A stretch of 64,000 nt of DNA from an uncultured Azospirillum sp. GTDB taxonomy: Bacteria > Pseudomonadota > Alphaproteobacteria > Rickettsiales > UBA3002. The stretch spans positions 210,864 to 274,863 of the forward strand of contig CAZGXX010000003.1 of NCBI GenBank assembly GCA_964530085.1, in the 5' to 3' direction. The translations under genes and the position numbers were made by a program. Every line of letters begins with the position of its first letter. Within the stretch, counting starts at the first letter, position 1. The notes beneath the pieces were generated by a model. The model saw nothing but the letters and a program-made list of their open reading frames with translations. It did no database searches and had not been told where the DNA came from. Shown piece after piece: positions 53,387 through 64,000 of the stretch.

Positions 53387-53743
53387 TTAATGCTCCAACA
53401 TCAGGTCGAGTTGCTTCACCGTCGCATCCAGCCGTCCCACGGCATTCCCCGCTTCTTCCTGCAGGGCGAGGTAGTCGCGTTGCAGCTGTTGCAGCTGGTT
53501 GGAGAGGCGTAAATTATCCGCTTTGAGGAATTGGTTTTCGCCCTGCGCGTCTGAGAGAGCAGTTTCAATTCCCGCCGTATGCTGTTGCCATGACTGGGTA
53601 ATCTCCGCCTGTGCCGCTTCGCGCTGCAGCGCCGACTGGCCACGCTCATAGACCGCCACATCCGCCGCCGCATCGAGCCGCGCGAAGGCTTTTTCCACTG
53701 CCGAAATCGCGGCCTGAAGGACGCGTTCTGAATTGCTTGCCAT
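53387..53743 (-). CDS. coiled-coil protein preceding zapA (DUF4164/ZapB-like)
   Basis: 118 aa starting at MASNSERV (ATG 53743, RBS GAGGGAA). The upstream 345 aa of the listed 463-aa ORF are antisense to tkt and are rejected. Confidence 0.7.
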   Translation of the reverse strand: MASNSERVLQAAISAVEKAFARLDAAADVAVYERGQSALQREAAQAEITQSWQQHTAGIETALSDAQGENQFLKADNLRLSNQLQQLQRDYLALQEEAGNAVGRLDATVKQLDLMLEH

Positions 53744-53914
53744 CGTTCCCTCATCTTCCGCCGATGCATGAGGCACCGGAAACAGGGTGTTGTTTTTTAC
53801 AAAACTAATCCCATCCGCCGCGGATTGCAAATCACCCGTGGCGGGGTGTGAATAACCCGTATGCGCTTGCAGGAAGGCGCGCGCGCGTGTACAGGCTCGG
53901 ACAGCGAGGAACCC

Positions 53915-55915
53915 ATGAGCACAGCAATGAAAAAGCCAGCCCCTGAAACCGTCACCCATGACCGCATGGCCAACGCCATCCGCGCCCTCTCGATGGACGC
54001 GGTGGAGAAAGCCAAGTCCGGCCATCCCGGCATGCCGATGGGCATGGCGGATGTCGCGACCGTCCTCTTCACCGAATTCCTGCGTTACGACCCCACCCAT
54101 CCGCACTGGCCGGATCGCGACCGTTTCGTGCTCTCCGCTGGCCACGGCTCCATGCTGCAATATGCACTGCTCCACCTCACCGGCTATGCCGACATGACGC
54201 TCGAGGAGATTAAAAACTTCCGTCAGTGGGGCGCGAAAACCGCCGGTCACCCGGAATTTGGCCACGCCACCGGCATCGAAACCACTACCGGCCCGCTCGG
54301 GCAAGGCGTCGCCAACGCGGTCGGCATGGCGATGGCGGAGCGCGCGCTCCACGCCGAATTCGGCGGCGACCTCACCGACCATTACACCTATGTCATCGCG
54401 GGCGATGGCTGCTTGATGGAGGGCATCAGCCTCGAGGCCGCCTCGCTCGCCGGTCACCTCAAGCTCAACAAACTCATCGTGCTGTGGGACGACAACAACA
54501 TCTGCATCGACGGGCCGACGAGTATGACGGTCTCCGACGACCATCTCGCGCGCTTCGCCGCACAGGGCTGGAACACGGATGCAGTGGATGGGCATAACCC
54601 GGCCGAGATCCGCGCCGCGATTACGAAGGCGCAACGCTCCGATAAACCCACGCTCATTTCCTGCCGCACCACCATCGCCAAAGGCGCGCCGACGAAGGCG
54701 GGCAAAAACTCCAGCCACGGCTCGCCGCTCGGGGCAGATGAAATCGCAGGCGCGCGGAGCAATCTCGGCTGGGAACATGCGCCGTTCGAAATTCCGGACG
54801 ATGTGCTTTCAGCTTGGCGCGATGCCGCCACCACCCGCGCAAAGTCTTACACTGAGTGGGAAGCCCGCTTCGCAAAATCCGCTCACCGCGATGCTTTCGC
54901 CGCCCGCATGGAAGGCGATCTGGGCGAGGCATGGACACAGGCACTCACCGAATTAAAGTCGCAACTCGCGGCACGCGAGCCGAAGGAAGCCACGCGCGTA
55001 TCGTCGCAGAACGTGCTCGAAACGCTCGTGCCAACCCTGCCCGCATTGTTCGGCGGCTCGGCGGATTTGACCGGAAGTAATAATACGAAGACGAAGGCAA
55101 TGACGCCCTTCACCGCGAGCGACTACGCAGGCCGCTATATGTACTACGGCGTGCGCGAGCACGGCATGGCGGCGGCGATGAACGGCATCGCGCTGCATGG
55201 CGGCTTCGTGCCATATGCGGGCACCTTCCTCGTGTTCACGGATTATTGCCGCCCCTCCATCCGCCTTTCGGCGCTCATGCAGCAGCGCGTGATCTACGTG
55301 ATGACGCACGACTCCATCGGCCTTGGGGAAGACGGCCCCACGCACCAGCCAGTCGAGCATCTCGCCACGCTGCGCGCCATCCCGAACCTTCATGTTTTCC
55401 GCCCGGCGGATGCGACCGAGACCGCCGAGTGCTGGCAGCTTGCGATTGCGACGAGCGACACTCCGTCCATCCTCGCGCTCACGCGTCAGGCACTGCCGCA
55501 TCTGCGCGGCGCATTCACGCCGGATAACCTCTGCGCCTATGGTGCCTACACGTTGTGCGAATTCTCGGCAGAAAATCCTGCCGTCGTCGTCATGGCCACG
55601 GGGTCCGAAGTGCATCTCGCCGTCGAAGCCGCGAAGCAGCTCAACGCCAGCGGCACGCCCACCCGCGTCGTCTCTGTGCCCTGCATGGAGCTGTTCCTCA
55701 AGCAACCGAAAGCGTATCAGGACGACGTCCTCGCCCGCGGCACCGCCGCCAAGCGCATCGCTATTGAAGCGGGCATCGAACAAGGCTGGGAAAAACTGCT
55801 CGGCGAACACGGCATCTTCATCGGTATGAAGCATTTCGGTGCCTCCGCCCCCGCGGAAGAGCTCTACAAACGCTTCGGCATCACCACCGATGCGATTGTG
55901 GCTGCGGCGAAATAA
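53915..55915 (+). CDS. tkt: transketolase
   Basis: [39 protein letters not shown]. Start at ATG 53915 (RBS GAGGAA). Confidence 0.94.
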   Translation: MSTAMKKPAPETVTHDRMANAIRALSMDAVEKAKSGHPGMPMGMADVATVLFTEFLRYDPTHPHWPDRDRFVLSAGHGSMLQYALLHLTGYADMTLEEIKNFRQWGAKTAGHPEFGHATGIETTTGPLGQGVANAVGMAMAERALHAEFGGDLTDHYTYVIAGDGCLMEGISLEAASLAGHLKLNKLIVLWDDNNICIDGPTSMTVSDDHLARFAAQGWNTDAVDGHNPAEIRAAITKAQRSDKPTLISCRTTIAKGAPTKAGKNSSHGSPLGADEIAGARSNLGWEHAPFEIPDDVLSAWRDAATTRAKSYTEWEARFAKSAHRDAFAARMEGDLGEAWTQALTELKSQLAAREPKEATRVSSQNVLETLVPTLPALFGGSADLTGSNNTKTKAMTPFTASDYAGRYMYYGVREHGMAAAMNGIALHGGFVPYAGTFLVFTDYCRPSIRLSALMQQRVIYVMTHDSIGLGEDGPTHQPVEHLATLRAIPNLHVFRPADATETAECWQLAIATSDTPSILALTRQALPHLRGAFTPDNLCAYGAYTLCEFSAENPAVVVMATGSEVHLAVEAAKQLNASGTPTRVVSVPCMELFLKQPKAYQDDVLARGTAAKRIAIEAGIEQGWEKLLGEHGIFIGMKHFGASAPAEELYKRFGITTDAIVAAAK

Positions 55916-57190
55916 TCACAGCGCGTTTTTCTTGCCCTTGGCGGGTGGTTCATCCACCTTCCCGGTGGAGTAGAAACGCTCGTCGGTAATTTTCTGCTCG
56001 GGCGTGCGCTTCATTTCTTTTGCAATTGCGGTGATTTTTTCATCCCACCACGCGCTGAATTCTTCGCGGATTTCTTGCTGCACCTCTTTTGAAGGTACTT
56101 TATCATCTATTTTCATAACATAATTATCTAACAGAGAATAACTGATGGATCCTCTGTCCTTGGGGTGGAATCCACTCATGTATATTGCTGCCGATAGCTT
56201 TCCCCACCCCATGCCTGCAATCCCGCCTTTACGCGCCATATTGCTAATGTAATTACATCCGATTTCTTCCAGAGCCTTTAATGCTTCCGGGTTGTTCATG
56301 AAGTGATCGAAATACTCCTCAAATGTAAACGATATGTCCCCTGCGCTGTTTTTTATACGAGAATGCATCATTATTTCTTCGCGGGCATTCGCATAGTCAT
56401 AGTATAATTGACAGGTTCGAGAGGGCTGCACAACGTTTCCCCGCTGCTCCAGTACCATCAGATTGGTATGTTCCCCCTGCCATCTCCAATAGGGTGAGGT
56501 ATTAGGTATATAGCGCCCGGGCGGATCATAACAGACCAACTCCTGCCCGGCCAGTTTGTGGAGCATCGGATCGCCGACATGATTTGTCGGATTATCCTCA
56601 CCATAGGTGAGAATATGCATCACGCGGCCGCCTTTTTTAGTGATCATCCCACAGGCAACCATGCTACTCACCTGCATATGGTCGCTATGCGGATCATTGA
56701 TTACATTGCCCGTCAGAACATAATCATGTTTTGGCCCGTTCGCGGGATCCATGTTGATCCAATCCCCCTTTGAGTGACATGATTGCGGCGCGTCATCTTT
56801 TCGCGCATCGGTATAACTCACCCTATCAGTATAAAGCCCTGCTACCATATCGAACGCCTTGAACTGTTTGAGGAGTGGCCGCGCCACCGCAATGGCCTCA
56901 TCATCTGGCGCAACAAACGCACACGAGATATCCGCAAAAGGCTGAAGCTTGTAATGCTCTAGTCGTTCAACAAAAAACTCATAAAATTTTGGCTCAAGTA
57001 TAGAATGGTTTCGATGCTCTTTACCAAGATATTCATCGATATCTTGCTTCAGCGATGCGCGCACCTCTTCAGAACCAAACTTCTCGGGGTGACGCGCGTA
57101 TACGTCGTTGATCATCGCCCATAATCCCCATAGGTCAGCAGCACCATCACCCATGCTGTATGCATCATACCACTTCATTTCCATCAACAT
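55916..57190 (-). CDS. orphan hypothetical protein (424 aa) inserted between tkt and gap
   Basis: AT-rich ORF. Start set at ATG 57190, 6 nt after RBS AAGGTGGAG. A CtrA-box-type promoter lies upstream. No family recognised. Confidence 0.72.
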   Translation of the reverse strand: MLMEMKWYDAYSMGDGAADLWGLWAMINDVYARHPEKFGSEEVRASLKQDIDEYLGKEHRNHSILEPKFYEFFVERLEHYKLQPFADISCAFVAPDDEAIAVARPLLKQFKAFDMVAGLYTDRVSYTDARKDDAPQSCHSKGDWINMDPANGPKHDYVLTGNVINDPHSDHMQVSSMVACGMITKKGGRVMHILTYGEDNPTNHVGDPMLHKLAGQELVCYDPPGRYIPNTSPYWRWQGEHTNLMVLEQRGNVVQPSRTCQLYYDYANAREEIMMHSRIKNSAGDISFTFEEYFDHFMNNPEALKALEEIGCNYISNMARKGGIAGMGWGKLSAAIYMSGFHPKDRGSISYSLLDNYVMKIDDKVPSKEVQQEIREEFSAWWDEKITAIAKEMKRTPEQKITDERFYSTGKVDEPPAKGKKNAL

Positions 57191-57218
57191 GCCGGACTCC
57201 ACCTTCTTGCCAGACCTC

Positions 57219-57250
57219 AGTTTACCACCATATGTTTAATGAAAGATTAA
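57219..57250 (-). promoter_or_regulatory. module-B (CtrA-box-like) promoter: TTAATctttcaTTAAA, 10 nt, TAAACT
   Basis: On the minus strand the half-sites are at 57250-57246 and 57239-57235 (TTAA-N7-TTAA). The -10 TAAACT is at 57224-57219. Confidence 0.6.
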
Positions 57251-57328
57251 GGGGATAGCAGAATGGCTAGACTCTTGGATTATAATGCATTATAGCGCCT
57301 TAGCACCTGAAAACACGAAGGAAACACC

Positions 57329-58330
57329 ATGACCATCAACGTAGGTATCAACGGACTGGGGCGGATTGGCCGCTCGGTCGCACGCGCGATTGTGGAGGAA
57401 GGCTACGACGATATCCGCCTCGTCGCGGCGAACGGCTCGGCGGCGAACGCGAGCCACGCACATCTGCTGCAGTATGATTCGGTGCATGGCCGCTTCCAAA
57501 ATAAAATCACGTTCGATGATGCAGGCATCGATATGGGGCGCGGCAAGTTCACCGTCACCCACGAGCGTGACCCGCACTCCGTGCGGTGGGATGAATTAGG
57601 GGTTGACGTTGTTCTCGAATGCACCGGCGCCTTCAACTCGCTCGAAGCGGCGAGTGTGCACCTCAAACAGGGCGCCAAAAAAGTGCTCATCTCCGCCCCG
57701 GCGGGGGATGACTGCCCGACCTTTGTCTACGGCGTAAACAGCAACAAACTTTCGCGTGAAGACGCAGTCTTCAGCGTCGGCAGCTGCACCACCAACTGCC
57801 TCGCGCCGGTTGCCAAAGTGCTGAACGATTCCTTCGGCATCACCTCCGGCTACATGACGACCATCCACGCCTACACGGGTGACCAGAATTTGGTGGATGG
57901 CAGCCACAAAGACCTGCAACGCGCGCGTGCAGCGGGGCTTTCCATGGTGCCCAGCAAAACCGGTGCGGCGAAGGCCATCGGCCTCGTGCTGCCGGAACTC
58001 GCGGGTAAACTCAGCGGCACCGCGATTCGCGTGCCGGTGCCGAACGTATCACTGGTAGACCTCACCGTCGTCGTTGAAAAATCCGCCACCAAAGAATCCG
58101 TCAACGCCGCGCTCACCGCAGCGGCGGAGGGCGCGATGAAAGGCGTGCTGAAAGTGAACAGCGCGCCGCTGGTTTCCATCGATTTCAACCACGACAATGC
58201 GAGTTCCATCGTGGATCTCGCAGGCACGGCGGTCATCGGCAACCTCGTGCGCGTCGCCGCGTGGTACGATAACGAGTGGGGCTTCAGCTGCCGGATGCTT
58301 GACCTCGCGCGCCTAGCTGCGAAGCACTAG
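57329..58330 (+). CDS. gap: type I glyceraldehyde-3-phosphate dehydrogenase
   Basis: INGLGRIGR, the active site SCTTNCLAP, and WYDNEWGF. Confidence 0.94.
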   Translation: MTINVGINGLGRIGRSVARAIVEEGYDDIRLVAANGSAANASHAHLLQYDSVHGRFQNKITFDDAGIDMGRGKFTVTHERDPHSVRWDELGVDVVLECTGAFNSLEAASVHLKQGAKKVLISAPAGDDCPTFVYGVNSNKLSREDAVFSVGSCTTNCLAPVAKVLNDSFGITSGYMTTIHAYTGDQNLVDGSHKDLQRARAAGLSMVPSKTGAAKAIGLVLPELAGKLSGTAIRVPVPNVSLVDLTVVVEKSATKESVNAALTAAAEGAMKGVLKVNSAPLVSIDFNHDNASSIVDLAGTAVIGNLVRVAAWYDNEWGFSCRMLDLARLAAKH

Positions 58331-59203
58331 AATCGACCATTTCCCGCGGCGCATGCGACGCACGAGGTGCAAGCCCTGCATGCGGTACGCGCTCATCACC
58401 ATATTCTCCTGATCGTTCATGAGGCCGGAGAGAATCAGCGTGCCGCCGGGCGCGAGCTTGGCTGCGGCTTCGCGCGCCATCCCCATCAGCGGCCGCGCTA
58501 GAATATTCGCTACAATCACCGGCTGCTTCGCGAGCTTTTGAATCGGCCGATGCTTATAACCATTGCTCACCCACGCCTTCGCGCGCGGCGCAATCTGGTT
58601 CGCTTTAAAATTCACGCGGCTCACCTTCACCGCCATTGGGTCGTTGTCGCAGGCTTCGATACGCGCATCCTTCCACAAGCGCGCCGCGCCGATGCCGAGG
58701 ATCGCCGTGCCGCAGCCGACATCGAGCACCTCACGCACACGCGGATTTTTCCGCTTCACCCCTTCGAGCGCCAGCAAACATCCCGCGGTCGTCGCGTGCT
58801 CACCGGTGCCGAACGCCGCCACCGCGTCAATCAACAGCCGATGCTTATTCGCAGGCAAACTGTCCTTCGCGTGGCTGCCATACACATAAAAATTCCCGAG
58901 CGCGAAGGGCGGAAAATCCTTCTGCACCTGCGTCACCCAGTCGATATCCGCGAGCTTGAGCATGCGCAGTTTCGCGCCAGCATCGATATGCGTAATCAGC
59001 GCCTGCACCTCCTCGGCCTGGCTTGCATCCACAATCAGGCTTAGATACGGCACCACGAAATCCTTATCGACATGACGGGTGATCGCGAGCGCGACCTCTT
59101 CCATCCGCAGCTCAATGATGTCGAGCATCTCCACGCCCGTCTCGACCGTAATCTGCACCGGGCGCAACGGCTGCGCGAAAGGGTTTTTCTGGTTCATGTT
59201 CAT
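58313..59203 (-). CDS. prmA: ribosomal protein L11 methyltransferase
   Basis: FGTGEHATTAGCL and the SAM motif VLDVGCGTAILGIGA. Its 3' end overlaps the gap 3' end (convergent). Confidence 0.88.
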   Translation of the reverse strand: MNMNQKNPFAQPLRPVQITVETGVEMLDIIELRMEEVALAITRHVDKDFVVPYLSLIVDASQAEEVQALITHIDAGAKLRMLKLADIDWVTQVQKDFPPFALGNFYVYGSHAKDSLPANKHRLLIDAVAAFGTGEHATTAGCLLALEGVKRKNPRVREVLDVGCGTAILGIGAARLWKDARIEACDNDPMAVKVSRVNFKANQIAPRAKAWVSNGYKHRPIQKLAKQPVIVANILARPLMGMAREAAAKLAPGGTLILSGLMNDQENMVMSAYRMQGLHLVRRMRRGKWSILVLRS

Positions 59204-59222
59204 TCGCTCTACCTACCCTAGC

Positions 59223-59247
59223 GTCATTCCAGCGCAAGCTGGAATCC
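59223..59247. repeat. short palindromic element (same family)
   Basis: GTCATTCCAGCgcaaGCTGGAATCC. Confidence 0.75.
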
Positions 59248-59334
59248 AGACTTGGGCGATAAATATGTTTTTTACTTGAAAATTAACAAAAATTAATTAT
59301 TGCTATTTGCCAATAACAAACGCTCGGAAGCCTT

Positions 59335-59754
59335 ATGAATACTCCTAAAATAGAGAAGTACACCCTAATCACCTGTACGATTGAAGAAGGCATTGTCCAA
59401 GAACTGAGAATTTCTACAACGAACACGAGTCAATCGGCAGATGTTTATGATAGGAGTCGCTCCGCAGAAGTGACGCGCTTCTGCTTGGATACATCAAGTG
59501 GCATACCGCTCTATACGGAATTATCGTCTGAGTGGCGTGATCAATCCCCCTTCTACCTTGGCCGAAAGTTAGTATGTGGCGATGTACAAAACACTAAGAA
59601 GGAAACTGAATCCGCAACAAAGGTGCAGCCGTCTGATCTCTCTAAACACATCGCAATACCACATCTATGTTCTATTCGCATTCGCGGCACCAACAACGGC
59701 GTAGATATCTCCAGTGACACTGGCGTCGCAGGACACATTGAAAATGATACTTGA
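59335..59754 (+). CDS. orphan hypothetical protein (139 aa)
   Basis: AT-rich ORF with a weak RBS GGAAG, between prmA and ligA. No family recognised. Confidence 0.5.
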   Translation: MNTPKIEKYTLITCTIEEGIVQELRISTTNTSQSADVYDRSRSAEVTRFCLDTSSGIPLYTELSSEWRDQSPFYLGRKLVCGDVQNTKKETESATKVQPSDLSKHIAIPHLCSIRIRGTNNGVDISSDTGVAGHIENDT

Positions 59755-59838
59755 AAATAGTGCGAAGAAACTTTCTGGAAGACAGCATGGAACAGATGCA
59801 GTAGAGAGTAAAGGAACCGGATTTACTGGAACTCCGAA

Positions 59839-63568
<3,730 letters not shown>

Positions 63569-63572
63569 CGCG

Positions 63573-64000
63573 TTACTTCAGCTTCAAATACTTATCGAAC
63601 ACGCTCTTTTTTTCTTCTGGCGAGAGATTCCCCTGCATCATCTCGTAGCTGTATGTATACCAGTCCGATCCCGGATGGTTATAGCCCAGCACGGCGGCGT
63701 ATTTCTTCGCCTCCTCGACCACGCCGAGGCGCAGATGGCACTCCACCAGCCGGTGCAACGCTTCCGGTGTGTGGCTCGTCGTCTGGTAATGGTCGATCAC
63801 ATATTTGAAGCGGTTGAGAGCCGCGCCATAATCCTGCCGCTTGAGGTAATAGCGGCCGACTTCCATCTCCTTACCCGCGAGGTGATCGCTGGTGAGATCG
63901 AACTTCAGCTTGGCATCGCGCGCGTAGTCGGAATCCGGATACCGCGCGATGACATCCTGCAATGCGGCGCGTGCTTCCTCGGTTTTTTTCTGGTCGCGCC
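63573..64000 (-). CDS. bamD: outer membrane protein assembly factor BamD (5' end outside window)
   Basis: ARYPDSDYARDAKLKFDL...LAGKEMEVGRYYLKRQDYGAALNRF TPR-like repeats. The frame stays open to the window end. Confidence 0.85.
   Translation of the reverse strand, partial: RDQKKTEEARAALQDVIARYPDSDYARDAKLKFDLTSDHLAGKEMEVGRYYLKRQDYGAALNRFKYVIDHYQTTSHTPEALHRLVECHLRLGVVEEAKKYAAVLGYNHPGSDWYTYSYEMMQGNLSPEEKKSVFDKYLKLK

Noticed and set aside
53744-54778. The upstream 345 aa of the listed 463-aa minus-strand ORF (53387-54778).
   Set aside because: It runs antisense through the 5' half of transketolase, whose identity is unambiguous. The sequence is low-complexity and Arg/Gly/Ala-rich, typical of a GC-rich shadow frame. 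A good RBS and ATG at 53743 give the expected 118-aa zapA-adjacent coiled-coil protein.
59283-59300. A possible fifth CtrA-type box (TTAACaaaaaTTAAT) upstream of orphan 59335-59754.
   Set aside because: The half-site period is 10 rather than 11 (TTAA-N6-TTAA). There is no TAnnnT hexamer at the 9-10 nt spacing seen at the four accepted sites.

Overview
The window looks like a chromosomal segment of an alphaproteobacterium. Supporting markers are usg, a DUF4164-like gene next to zapA, etfB-etfA followed by a HIG1 gene, tkt and gap, purC-purS-purQ with purL, bolA and grxD nearby, and CtrA-type TTAA-N7-TTAAC boxes. About 45 housekeeping genes are recognisable from diagnostic motifs, including prfB with its classic CTT TGA C +1 frameshift. 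No rRNA, tRNA, CRISPR array, integrase or transposase was seen.

About 15 orphan genes are wedged between the conserved genes, and by eye they are clearly more AT-rich. They encode small glycine-zipper membrane proteins, coiled-coil proteins, a tandem-HTH protein and a protein with a caspase/CHAT-like His/Cys dyad. Nearly all of them carry one of two response-regulator-type direct-repeat promoter modules.

- Module A: nine copies of [G/T]TCAC-N6-[G/T]TCA[C/T], which resembles the Pho box and the cre-tag. Each sits at a fixed 21-22 nt or 10 nt from a TAnnnT -10 element.
- Module B: four copies of TTAAC-N6-TTAAC, which resembles the CtrA box. Each sits 9-10 nt from a -10 element.

The densest locus is 33010-36933. 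It holds two module-A operons encoding four glycine-zipper proteins, plus a divergent module-B gene encoding the putative cysteine protease. I read this as a dispersed, signal-controlled accessory regulon that I cannot map to any described system.

Other non-standard signals:
- Tandem heptanucleotide arrays of four units each inside cysS and ygfZ, and as an inverted pair just upstream of prfB.
- A family of nested palindromic CGTCAT...ATGACG elements.
- A two-copy repeat of about 80 nt with a covarying hairpin.
- A promoter-to-terminator structured sRNA downstream of zapA, a possible 6S RNA.

All family assignments come from motifs read by eye. No database search was run.
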